From the NCBI GenBank assembly GCA_004431415.1, contig QPMI01000293.1, positions 1 through 47,208 of the forward strand: a stretch of DNA of 47,208 bases. The letters run 5' to 3'. Position numbers and translations under genes: made by a program. This document shows, piece after piece, positions 1 to 11,496 of this stretch. The stretch is from Cyanophora paradoxa CCMP329 (lineage: Eukaryota > Plantae > Glaucophyta). Position 1 is the first letter of the stretch; every line of letters starts with the position of its first letter. The notes under the pieces are model-generated. The model did no database searches. It was not told the DNA's origin and saw nothing but the letters and a program-made list of their open reading frames with translations.

Positions 1-2168
1 CCCGTCCGCCCCGCCCCGCCCCGCCCCTCCCTCGCTCCGCCCCTTCCGAGCCGGCCGGCGCGCCAGGGTCGGTGGCGTCGCTGTGGCGGGCCTTCCCGCG
101 GCTGCGGGCGGCGGTCCTCTGCGTCTGGGCCCTCCGCTCGCCCTTCGCCCCCGACGCCTTCCGCGACGTCGTGCGCCGCCGCGCCCGCGCGCCCGCCCTG
201 CCCCCGCCCGAGCCCGCCCCGCGCAGCCGCCGAGCCTGGAGTCGCTGGAGCTGACCGAGGCACACCCGCGCTTCTGCCCGGGCTCCCTCCTCGCCGCCCT
301 CGCCCCCGCGCCCCGCGCCTCCGCCGGTGCCCCCGCCCCCCGCATCGCCGCCCCCTGCCGGCGGCCGCTGAGGGCGGGGCAGGCTGGTGGTGCGGCACGG
401 GGTGGAGTGCGGGGGGCGGGAGGGGTGGGCGGGGGCGGGGTGGACGCGGGTGGCGGGGCCCCTCTCGCGGGTGCTGGGGACGTGCGGGGCGCACTGCCTG
501 GAGGAGTTCCACGTGCCGGCGCTCGCCCCCGGGGCCCTCGCCTCGGACCCCCTCCCCGCCCTCCGCGCCGCCTCCTTCGTCTCCGACCCCCGCATGGTCC
601 GCCCCCGCCCGCCCGCCCGCCCCGCTCTCGCCGCCCAGTTCACCCCGGCGCAGCTCGAGGAGAGCCAGCAGCAGGAGGCGCCGCCGGGCCTGCTCGAGGC
701 CTCCTTCCCCCTGGCGCCCATCGACCCCCAGCGCGTTGCCGCCGCCCTCGCAAGCGTGCGCTGCGCGCCCCCCGCTCCTCCCCGCCGTTGCGCCGACGGG
801 CGGGGCAGGTGCGGGAGACGCTGGAGGCGGTGCGGGCGCCGCGCGGGTTTTACCGGGCGCCCCTCACGCCCCTCCTCCCCTTCCGCTCCCTCCGCGTCCT
901 CCACCTCGGCCCCGGAGGCCCGCCCCGCCCCGCGCGCCCCAGGCGTCGCGCGGGGCTGACGGGGGCGCAGTGGCGCTGGGCCCGGAGGCCCCGCACGGGA
1001 CGCCGGAGACGCTGGGGGCGGCGCTGCGGGCGTGGCCGCTGCTGGAGGAGCTGCACGCCGCCGCCGCCACCTTCCGCGGGCAGGAGGCCCTCGACGGGCT
1101 CCTGCCCCCCGAAGAGGCCCAGGCCGCGGCGGCGGGGCCCCGGCGGCCCCGCTGGGGCGCCTGCGGGACCTGCGCCTCGGCGGCCTCAGCCGCATCGCCG
1201 GGCCCGAGCTCCGCCGCCTCGCCGCCGCCCTCCGCGCCCAGGTGGCCGGCCCCCGCCCGCCCTCCCCGCGCGCGGCGCTGGCTCTGACGGGGCGGCAGGG
1301 GTGCGCGCTGCGGGGGCTCGAGCTGGGGGCCTGGGGGCCCTGTGAGCGGGGAGGAGTGGGAGGCGCTCGCCGGGGCCCTCGGCACGGGCCGGCTTTTGCA
1401 CCTGGGCCTGCCGCACGGCCCCGCCCTCTCGGAGGAGGCGGCGTGGGCCCTCGCCCCGCCTGCTCCGCCCTCCAATCCCTCCACCTCGCCCACTGCCGCC
1501 CCGCCTCCGCCCCGCCCGCCCTCCTCGCCCTCGCCCGCGCCCCCGGCCCCGCCCTCCGCACCCTCTCCCTCCGCGCCGCCCCCGCCTTCGGGGACGCGGA
1601 GGGCGTGGCCCTCGCGCACGCGTGCCGCCGGCTGGTCTCGCTGGACGTGACGGGGACGGCCGTGGCGGCGGCGGGGGCGCGCGCCCTCGGGGGCCTCCCC
1701 GAGCTCCGCTCGCTCGGCTGCTGCCTGACGGAGGAGGTGCTCGCCGGCCTCCTCGCCGCCGGCGCGGGGCGCCCGGGGAGCTCCCTCTCCGAGCTCCGCG
1801 CCCTCTCCTGCTGCGGCCTCGGCCGCCCCGCCTGCGCCGCCCTCGTCGCCGCCATGCCCCGCCTCCGCCGCATCCTCCTCCCCCACCCGTACGCCAACGC
1901 CCACTGGGGCCCCGCCCAGCTGCCCGCCCGCGTCCCGGCGCCGTGCGGCGTGGCCGCCCACAGCGGGACGGCGACCGTCTCGTGCCTGCGGGCCATGCGG
2001 GACGACATCGCCCGCGCCGCCGCCGCCGTTCGCCCGGGCCCGGCGTACCCCCGCTTTCCGGGCGATGCGCGGGGGCGCGCGGCCGGCGCGCGGCTGCTGC
2101 CCCTCGACCTCGTCGACGAGGCCGGCCGCAGCCTCGAGCCCCCGCGCTTCTACCCCGGCGCATACTAG
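1..2168 (+). CDS. Leucine-rich repeat (RNI-like/FBXL-type) protein, 5'-partial, multi-exon
   Basis: Spliced exons give repeated LxxLxL units (LESLEL, LRVLHL, LEELHA, LRDLRL, LRGLEL, LQSLHL, LRTLSL, LVSLDVTGT, LRSLGC). The window opens inside a C-rich intron. Stop TAG at 2166-2168. Confidence 0.75.
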
Positions 2169-2645
2169 CGCAAGCAGCGGTGGTTGTGCCTGCATTTTGA
2201 CGCGACACACGACGTCAGCTCGCTGTCTGACTAGCTGTGTTCGATTCACGTACGCGTGCATCTACGTATACGCCCGGGCATCTAGGAATGCCATGGCCAG
2301 CGCTAGCTGCATGCATATGCCTGCGCCGATTCTAGATCTCGGTCTACCCCCCCTCCTGGTGTGAACGGGTTCTTTCTGCACGGAGTCGACAAGGCTTAGT
2401 GGAATAACGCCTGATGAGGTGAGCTAATGAGATGGCTTGAAGATCTCACGTGAAGACGGAGATCTGAGTTCGACTCCGGCCGATTCATTGGCGAGCGCGC
2501 AGCCCTCAGCAAGAAGCCCTCGTTTCCTGCAACGATTTCTAATCCCGAACGGCGCAGTGCAGCGACTCTGCTGCAGCGTTAAGATCGTGAGCTTGCGTAG
2601 AAGCTCGAGGCCGGGCCCGACTGCACGTATGTCCACGGTTAACTC

Positions 2646-5600
2646 ATGAAGATCGTCACAACCGAGGTGCGCAACGGGCGCCGGTCGCAGCGCCGAGCGC
2701 CAGGGGCCGACCGCGCCCCGCCAGTGTGTCGACGTGGAGCAGTTCCGCCGCCAATTGGCTGATATCGCCATTGGGCGAAAGGTGCCAAGGATGCGGCGCC
2801 CGCTCTGCCCACTTCGCCCCAACGTCTCTCACTCAGATTGCTGGAGCGTGGCTGCGCACCGACTGTGACATCTCGCACGAGGTGCCGAGCGCGCGCTCTC
2901 AGTGCGGCGCGACGGCTTATGGCTCCCCTCCAGACGAATGTCGCCGCCATCCAGCAGGCGATCCTCCGGAAAACCATCGCGGCCGTGCGGCGCAAGGGCA
3001 AGTACCTCTGGCTCGAGTTCGCGGAGGGCCGGCCCTCGCCCCTCTTCATGTTCAACAGTGCGCATGCCGCCGCCCTCGCACCGCGGGGCCGGCGGCGACG
3101 GGGCGCGGGCGGGGCGGGGCAGTGGACGGGAAGATGATCTTCTACCGGGCGCCCACGGCGCGGCCGCCGTCGTGCGCGCTGGAGATCACCCTCGACGACG
3201 GCGCATGCGTCTCCTTCGCCTCCAGCCGCAAGCTCGGCCCGCCCCGCCCCGCCCCGCCCCGCCCCGCCCCGCCGGGGGCGGCGGGTGACGGCGGGGGCAG
3301 GCAAGGTGCACCTGGTGCACGACCCCGACAAGGACTCCCTCCTCAAGGACCTCGGCGCCGACCCGTGCGCCCCGCCCCCTCCCCGCCGCCCGCCCTCCTC
3401 GGTGCGAGGGGGCGGGGGGGCCGGCGCCGCAGGATCGACAGCTTCCCCGAGCTGCCCGCCTTCCGCAAGCAGCTCGGCGCCCGCTGCGCCGTCGTCAAGG
3501 CCCGCGCGCCCCGCCCCGCCCCGCGACGCGCCGGGGCTGAGGGGCGGCAGGCGGTGATGCTGGACGACGGCTTCATCGCGCACTACGCGAACTGGATGGC
3601 GGACGAGGCCTGCTTCCAGGCCCGCATCGCCCCCCAGGTCCCCGCCAAGGACCTCTCCGACGACCAGGCACGCCCCCTCCCCCCCGACCCGGGCCCCCCG
3701 CCCCGCCCCGCCCCGCCTCACCGCCGCCCCCAGGTCGCCCGGCTGCACCGCGCCATGGGCGACGTCCTCCGCACCGGTGCCCGCCCCGCCCCCGCCCCCG
3801 CCGGGGGCGGGGCCGGGGCTGAGCGGGGGGCAGCGCTGGAGGTGAAGGCGTCGAAGGACTACCCGCGGGGCTGGCTCTTCCACGTGCGCCACCTGCGCGA
3901 CGCCTCAGACGTCCGCCTCGAGGGCCAGCGCGTCCTCTACGAGGTCCCCCCGCCCCGCGCCCCGCCCCCCGCCCCGCCTCACCGCGCCTCCCCCCGCCCC
4001 CGCAGGTCGTCAACGGGCGCGTCACCGTGCTCGTCCCCGCCCTGCAGTACGGCTACGACAAGTACGTCGGCAACCGCCGCGAGGCCGCCGCCGCCGCCGC
4101 CGCCGCCGCGAGGCCGGCGGCGACCCCGCCGGGCCCGCCAAGGGCCGCAGCCGCAAGGGGGCGCCCCCGCCCCTCCCCGCCCCCTCCCGGCCCCTTCCCC
4201 ATCCCCTCCGCCTCGTCCTGTTCCGCGCCCCCGCCGCCGGCATCATCCGGGCGCCTCCATCGTCGCCCGCCCCCGTACCCCGGACAGCCCCGTACCCCGG
4301 GCAGCCTCCGTACCCCGCCCCCGGCGCCTCTTTCGCGGTCGGCGCTGTGCCTCTGGTCGGCCGCGGCCCCCTCGCGGGGGCCGTCCCTGCGGGCCCCCCC
4401 GCCGGCCCCTCCGCCATCCGGCCCGGCCCCGGCCCCGGACCCTTCCCGACGTACGGCCACGCCCCTCCCGCGGGGTTCGCCCCGGGGGCCGCCCCGCCAA
4501 CGTATGCTCCCGCGCCGCCCCAGGGGCCTCCCCCGCCCGGGGGCGGCGGGCTGCCTCCAGCCTCCGCCCCCGGGTCCTCCTCCATGGTACAGCCGGGGGC
4601 GGACGCCTCGCAGCCCGGGCAGCCGCCGCCGGCGCTCCAGCCTCCATATCAAGCGTCCGCGGCGGCCTCGGCCGCTGCAGCGGCGGCGGCCTTGGCGATG
4701 CAGGAGGGCGGGGCGGCGGCGGCGCACGACGTGCTGCACGGGCGCGTGATGGTGAAGCGCGAGCGCGAGCAGCGGGTGCGCACGGCGACGCCCAAGGCCG
4801 CCCAGCTCGCCGCCATCTCCCAGCAGCCGCCCCCGCTGCCCGTCCCGCCGCAGCGCCCCCAGCGCAGCCGGCGGCAGCGGGGCGGGAGCTTCTCGCCGGA
4901 GGTGGCGGGGAGGGCGCGGGGCGGGGCAGGGTGCGGGGGCGGGGCGGGGGCGGGCCCCGGGGCGGCGGCGATGGAGCTGGAGGGGACTCGGAGCTGGACT
5001 CGGGGGGCGAGGGCGAGGACGCGATGGCCCTCGACGCCCGCCCCGCCCCTCCTTCACCCCGCCCCTCCCTCCCCGTCCCCGCCTCCGGGGCCGCCGCGGG
5101 GCCGCCGGCGCCGATGATGACGCTGATGCCGCTGGACGCCCTCGCGACCGTCGCCGAGGCCGCCCGCGCCGCCGCCCACGCCCCGCGCGACGACCCCTCG
5201 CCCCGGAGCCCGCCCCGCCGTCTCCAGCACCGGCGCCGCCGTCGCCCTCCCGCACCCCATGTTCTTCATGAACCAGGCGAGCCTGCCCCGGCCGCGAGCC
5301 TGCGCCCTCCCCCCGCCCCTCAAGCGCGCCGCCTGCTTGCTTCTAACGGCGGGGCGCAGCGGCACCTGATCGAGCACATGCGGCGGCGGGCGGAGGAGGA
5401 GGTGGCGGCGCGGGGCGGCTCGGAGGACGAGGAGGACGAGTGGGCGGGCCCGGACGACGAGGAGGGCTCGGGCGGCGAGGCCCCCGCCCGGCCAGCGCCG
5501 CAAGCGCGCCCTGCCCCCGCCCGCCGCCGCGACCGCAGCGGCCGCGGCCCCCGCGGCGGCCCGGGGAGCCCCGCGCCAAGCGCGTCAAGGCGAGCAGCGC

Positions 5601-5914
5601 GCTGCCGTGGCTCGCCGGCTCGTGCGCGCTGACGGGGCGCAGGTGCTGTACCCGGTGCCGGTGCCGATGTACGTGCCGCTGCCGATCCCGGTGCCGGCGA
5701 GCATCACGGACCCGGCGGAGGCGATGCGCTTCGCCCTCGCCGTGGTCGAGGAGGCCGCCGAGGGGGTCTCGCTGCTCGCGGGCCCCCCAACTGGCAGGCG
5801 GCCGCCGAGTCGGCCTTCCGCTCCCGCCACGAGGCCGACGCCCAGGCCGCCGCCCGCGCCGACCTCTCCCCTTCCACATCCCCAGACGCCCCGTTCCTCG
5901 CCACCAACATGTAG
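2646..5914 (+). CDS. Fpg/MutM-like DNA glycosylase-fold protein (plant/fungal zincless-finger type) with divergent N-terminus and long Pro/Ala-rich C-terminal extension
   Basis: Spliced translation: MKIVTTE|CVDVEQFRRQL...AVRRKGKYLWLEF...FNMDG...FASSRKLGKVHLV...LGADP...MLDDGFIAHYANWMADEACFQARIAP...YPRGWLFH...VNGRVTVLVPALQ, colinear with plant/fungal Fpg. There are 10 introns within the domain. The 3' end (TAG 5912-5914) needs homopolymer indel correction. Confidence 0.8.
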
Positions 5915-6257
5915 CCCGCCCCGCCCCCTCGAGCCCGACGCCCCGGCCCCGCCTGCCTTAAGCCCCCCCCCCCCCCCCCCCCATCCGACGAAATCTCAAG
6001 AGTCTTCAAGTGTAGCCGGCGCCAGCTGTAGCCTGGATTGCTGCGCGCTGCGTGCGGACCGAGCGCTAGCGCTGCAGTAGTAGCGCATGCAAATCATCGA
6101 AGCATTGCCTTTCGCAAATCGCGATCGCAGGCATCGGAGGAAGGTTCGTCTGGCCTGCGAAGCGAACCAACCGCAGCATTGCGAACGGCGGCCAATCATG
6201 ATCATGAGCATAGTCGCATTTGGACACACGTACTCAAAACGCAGGTCCGGGCAGGTC

Positions 6258-6262
6258 CGGGC
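6258..6262. repeat. Left target-site duplication CGGGC
   Basis: CGGGC immediately precedes TGTAGTGC at 6263 and recurs immediately after ...GCACTACA at 16402. It does not extend to 6 bp. Confidence 0.9.
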
Positions 6263-6371
6263 TGTAGTGCGCCAAATAAAATGGCGCGCCATCTTATTTT
6301 TATGGCGCACGCTTTTGAGCCATCGCAGAAAAAAAGGCGCCGGCCAGCGCAGCCGGAGCTTTGCGTTGGGG
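6263..6371 (+). repeat. Left terminal inverted repeat (~109 bp)
   Basis: TGTAGTGCGCCAAATAAAATGGCGCGCCATCTTATTTTTATGGCGCACGC...GAGCTTTGCGTTGGGG is the reverse complement of 16295-16402, with one substitution and one 1-bp indel. Confidence 0.95.
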
Positions 6372-6657
6372 AGTACTGCTAGGCTAGCTGTCGCGATCGA
6401 AATCGCCTATCATTATAGCCTACCGCCGGGCTACCGGTATAGGACCGCACTGGCGGGAAGCGGTCGGGGAGCCGCGCGCGCGCACCGAGCCCGAAGGCGC
6501 GGCCCTAGGCACATCAGCAATGAGGTGGTGGGAGCATCCAGATGTCAGAGACCTTCCCAACAAGTTCGAATGCAGGTGTCCACCCGCAGAGAATCTGTCC
6601 GGGCTCTGCGGCAATAACTTCCTGTGCAAGACTCTGTTTCCTAACATTCGCATCGAC

Positions 6658-9600
6658 ATGCCCAGCAACGCAGCAGCGGCATCGTCATCGCAATCGAGCA
6701 ACCAACAGCAGTCAGCACCATCGAGCGGCCAGCAGGCGCCGTCCACCTCGAGCGGACAGGCGGCGAGTTCGAGCAGTAAGCCGCGTAATCGAAAGCGGCC
6801 AAATACTAGTGAACCGCCGCGGCCGCGCGGGCGCCCTCGGAAGCAGCCACCAGCACCTGCAGCTGTGGGCGCAGATGGCGCAGCAGCTTCAGAATCACAG
6901 CCAGCAGAGGCAGCGGCTTCGAGCTCGAGCTCGAGGCAGCAACAACAAAAGAAGGGCTCGGCCGCAGCAGCCGGCAAGCGCATCGACACCACCGAATTTC
7001 GCCACCGAGTCCAGCGGATGTTCGCCGAATCCGAGGCGCTGAACCGGTCCCAGCAGCATCAGTGCAGCGCGTAACTTTCGAAGAATATCGAGCCGCTATA
7101 CAGCGTGTGAAGCCCGGAGCGGTGCTGCTATCTCGCGCCGACATCGAACACGTTAAGTACATCCTCGAAAACCCGGACGCGCCCGAGCCCAGCGGCAGCC
7201 CAGAGCATGTGAAGCGGGTGAAGAATTGGCGCGAGTTCATGAGGGGAAGTACACGCTGCGCGAGGTTCCAGATCCGACAGACAACCTGACAGCGGAGGAG
7301 CTCGCCATGCCCAACCCGCGGCCAAGGCGCAAGCTTCGGCTGGTGGTGGAGAAGCAGGTTGACAACCGCTTGAAGCGAGGAAATTCGGGCGACGCCCCCC
7401 ACTGGGCAGGGAGCTGGTGTGTGACGAGGACATTTTCATCTGCATCCAGGTGCGATCGCGGTACAACGCAATTCTCTGCGCACGCGCAACGCATCTTCAA
7501 CGCAAGCGTTGGGTTGCTAGCGTTGGACATTCTCAACACATGCGTTGACCATGCGTTGAACAGAATACATTTTAATTTTTATGTCCACTGCATTGCACTG
7601 TTTGTGACGCGGTCATGATCGTGCGCAGCGCGAACACCTTGAGAGCGGGCACAAAGGTGGCACCGGTGTATACAACAATGCGAAGCAAAGGTACGCGATT
7701 CCTCGCTACCTGGTCCGCATCTACGTCAAGATTTGGTGAGTTTTCTGTCCACCGACAAACCAATCGTGACTAAGACTCACCTGCGGTCGTGGGGATGGGG
7801 CTGCAGTCCAGTCTGCAAGCTCAAGAACAAGAGGAGGCAGCCCGACGGGATCCTCCATCCAATCAAGGTGATTGGTTTCTGGGATCGGGCAATTGTCGAC
7901 TTCTTTGAGATGCCCAAGGCATGGGGCCCCTGCCCCGCATGGTGAGATGTTGTTATTGATGCGCCTGGCCGCGTGTTAAAATTTACCTGGGAGTTGCAGG
8001 AGTGGCTGCCGGGTGGAAGTGGAATGAGAGCTCAGGCGAGCTCGAGAGGGTCTGGTACTGGAGCAAGCAGTGCACGTGTGCCGGTACGAGAAGAAAATCC
8101 CGGATCCCGAATTTCCGGGCTGCTACAAGACGGTCTTTGTCACGGACGTCATTCCGCGATTCTGGCATTTGTCCTGGCCATAAAGGTCAGTTTTCGGCAC
8201 GGTCATGCGCAGATTTCTGCATCCGGTAACGAACAACGGCGAACGCAGGACCACTACACTCGTTTCCTCATCTTGGAGGCTTGCGAATCAAAGTGCGCAG
8301 GCGAAGTTGCTGATCGTCTTCGCGAGAAATTTGCCTACTTCGGCGCATGCACAATCCTGTCCTGCGACAACGGATCGGAGTTCAAGAATGATGTGAAATC
8401 CCCCGTTATCTCTTGTAAACTTCAATATTAATTATGTTAACGGAGTATGGCAGATCATGAAGGTCCTTATGGCGGCCTACCCGAACTCGTCCATCGCCTA
8501 CGGGAAACCGTACACTCCAGAGCACCAGGGCTCTGTGGAGCGCGCGAACAGGGACTCGAAGCCGACGCTCGAGGCTATTTGCTACGAACGCCGGAACCAG
8601 AATGCGGAGGACTGGGCGAACTGGGCCCTAGCCATTCCCGATGTATTTAAAATCCTTTCCATACCCCATTTGAAAATTCCAAGTGCACTGATCGATGCTG
8701 GATTCTCAGGCAATGGAGTCCCACAACAGCATGAAGTTCGCGAACGGGCACAAGATGACACCCATCGAGGCCATGACCGGGCGCAGACCTTCACGAAGGC
8801 CTTTGGGAATTGAGCCACCGTCGGATCCGACAAGGCCGTACACCGAGAAGGACATTGAGGACCTCCTCGGAGTGCGCAACGGAATGTCTGCGCATCCCAA
8901 CGCATGCGTTGGTAATTGTGTTGTCAGGTTGCAAACATGGAGGAAGTGAACAGAGTGTGCGATGACATGGCGAAGTACGAAGAAGATATCGCCAACGCTC
9001 TTCTGCAGAGGGCGGAGAGCCCGCTCTTGAAGGATATCCCGGTGTTCTACGTAGTAAGTGCCGTCAATTCATTGCAAATTTTGTCGCACTCTCATCCAAC
9101 GCATTCTCAACGCATGCGTTGGACAGATCGATCAGTTTGTGCGTGCATTCGGGAATGTCCAGGCATGCGCACGGCTTGCCGTGTACAGAGACCAGATGAA
9201 GGCGTGCGCGGAGAAGCAGGGAGCAGGTCCTGTTATCTACAGTATCGGGGATCGTGTGGCCGTCCTTGTCAAACAGCTCGGCATGCACGTCCTCCTACAA
9301 GCAAGGGTACCTGGGATCGTCACAGAAGTGGTGGACGTCCCGCATGGCCTCTACACGATCAGGACGATGGCGGGTTTCATTGACACTCCCATTCAGGGAG
9401 CACAATTGATCAACATGAACCTCGTGGGCGGTACGTGCAGGGGTAGTCCCATTTGCACGAATGTTGCACACTCATCAAAAAACTGGTGCAGGTATGCAGA
9501 CAATCTGGAAGACAATTGAGGAGAACCGTGCGAACAACATAATGAACGGCACCGTTCCTCTCATGACAGCATTCAAGAGCTTCTGTGGCCAGGCCCCCGG

Positions 9601-10974
9601 TCTCGACGTGGACCCGTGCAAGTGCAGGGATGGCTGCCTTCCAGAGAAATGCGGCTGTTTCACAAGCGGCCTGGTGTGCTGCTCGAGCTGCCAGTGCAGC
9701 AAGTACGGGTGCAAGAACAAGCGTGAGCGCATCTACCCGGAGACGGCCAGTGTCGGGGAGAAAATCATTCCGCGCCAGCGTGGCGCAACGGCAGAATCGA
9801 TCGTCGCCGACAATGCAACAGCAGATGGCCCTGTCGACGACAAGTACGGCCCATCCCGTCTGTTGATGGGATACGACGGGTGCGTTTTTGTAGCAACGCA
9901 AAGCACACGTTTGCGTTCTTCAATTCAACGCTTGCGGTGCAGTTGCGTTGGACTTCCTCTTCTAATTTCCTTTTTCTCGCAGCTTCTGGCCCCTGGCATG
10001 CACACCACCAACAAGCCCTGCAGGCATTCCTCCGTGCTGCAAACCTGCCGCACACAGGTAACAAGGAGGCTCTCAAGCTGCGAATTCTAGCTTATCTCAA
10101 GAAAGAGGAGGAGGATGCCGCTCAGCGTGCAGCCCAAGCAGCCGCAGCACGTGCAGCCCAAGCAGCCACAGCCCACGCTCCGGCCCCACCCGCCCCGTCT
10201 ACTGCTGCGGCCCCGCCTGCCCATCTCCTGCTGCGGGCCCGCCCGGCCGTCCCGCGCTCCTGCCCGCCCGCCCCGTCTCCTGCTGCGGCCCCGCCCGCCC
10301 GTCTCCTGCTGCGACCCCGCCCGGCCCGTCCCGCGCTCCGGCCCGCCCGCCCGTCTCCTGCTGCGGCCCGCCGCCCGTCTCCTGCTGCGGCCCCGCCCGG
10401 CCTGTCCCGCGCTCCGGCCCCGCCGCCCGTCTCCTGCTGCGGCCCGCCCGCCCCGTCTCCTGCTGCGGCCCCGCCCGGCCCGGCCGTGCTGCGGCTCCGC
10501 CCGGCCCACGCCGCCACCTCTGCCGCACTATGCACCTGGGTGGTGCTGCCCCTGTTGGGTCAGCCCAATTGCGAGGGGTCTTGGCCCAGTCCCAGGGGCG
10601 GTTCCGTTATTGGTCCCCACTCCCTCTGGGCCGTCTTTCTCTTCTTCTACCCTGCCATCCTCTGGATCCAGCTCTCCCATTCGTGGGCCAGTTCGAGTTG
10701 GGCCCGCACCTCGGGACACACACGGGGTGCCTGTCCTCCCCAACTCCGGGCCAAGTTACACGCAGGCAGAGCTTGAAGCCGCCTTGGCAGCACCATGTTA
10801 CCCACTAGCCCTCAGTCTAGGCTAGCTATGTCCTCGAGCCCTGTGCGCCCAGTTATGCCCCCGGCACCCAGCATGGAGCAGCAGATGCAGCAGATGCAGC
10901 AGATGATGCAGCACTTTCAGATGATGATGCAGACATTCCAGCAGAATATGGCCAACACTAGGCATGGTGTATGA
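6658..10974 (+). CDS. Transposase: retroviral-type integrase (KRBA2/SCAND3-like) with AT-hook, HHCC, DDE core, SH3-like, CXC Cys cluster, SAP, Pro-rich and Q/M-rich tail
   Basis: Motifs in order: RPRGRPRK; EHLESGHKGG...KICPVC; RAIVDFFEMP; QDHYTRFLILEA...FGACTILSCDNGSEFKN; GKPYTPEHQGSVERANR; YSIGDRVAV; CKCRDGCLPEKCGCFTSGLVCCSSCQCSKYGCKN; LQAFLRAANLPHTGNKEALKLRILAYL; ends MEQQMQQMQQMMQ...HGV*. About 10 introns and several homopolymer frameshifts. An alternative in-frame ATG lies at 6520. Confidence 0.9.
10185..10505 (+). repeat. GC-rich minisatellite in transposase C-terminal exon
   Basis: Repeated (ccgcccgccc)cgtctcctgctgcggccc units interleaved with cggcc(c/t)gtcccgcgctcc, encoding PAPSPAAAPP-like repeats. 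Confidence 0.85.
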
Positions 10975-11308
10975 AGTGTTTGTCAGAAATTTGCTTGAAA
11001 GGGAACTGACAGAGATGCGAAAATTGAAAGGAACTGAGAGAGGGAACCGGGTGTGCAACGGAAACGCAACGCATGCGTTGGGAATGCGTTGTGTCCTGCC
11101 AGGCTGCATGCAGCGCGCGCTCGGCTGGGGCGTGTCTTATACATATATACTCTTCTTCTTCTTTAGGAATCATGTACTATAATTTATACTTTATTGCTAC
11201 TACTACTATACTTTATTGATACTACATTCATTGTCATAGTACAATTTTAGATCTTGAACACGACTATAGCTAGTCTACTTGTGTGCGTGCGTTTCAAGAA
11301 CCCTGGCT

Positions 11309-11496
11309 GTAGTTCGCTTTAAGAACCAGACTAATGTGCTTCATGACTCATAATCGTAGTTCGACATTAGAACCGGACTACTAAGCTTCATGACTCATGA
11401 TCGTAGTTCGACTTTAGAACCGGACTACTAAGCTTCATGACTCATGATCGTAGTTCAACTTTAGAACCCGACTAGTTAGCCTCATGACTCATGATC
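11309..11496. repeat. Four tandem copies of a 47-bp unit in the spacer between the two convergent transposon genes
   Basis: Unit gtagttcgactttagaaccggactactaagcttcatgactcatgatc starts at 11309, 11356, 11403 and 11450. The outer copies are more diverged and there are no spacers. Confidence 0.92.

Noticed and set aside
3237-3300. Host introns as a mobile introner family
   Set aside because: The similarity is low-complexity (ccccg/ggggc runs plus splice signals), with no shared unique sequence, TIRs or TSDs.
7040-10020. Frameshifts as proof that the transposase is dead, or as programmed frameshifting
   Set aside because: The shifts I could localise fall in short homopolymer runs, and the same kind of 1-bp loss interrupts conserved host genes (e.g. 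MKKS near 38841). Assembly error is more likely; read polishing would decide.
11309-11496. 47-bp repeats as a CRISPR array
   Set aside because: Units are head-to-tail with no unique spacers, there are no cas genes, and the context is eukaryotic.
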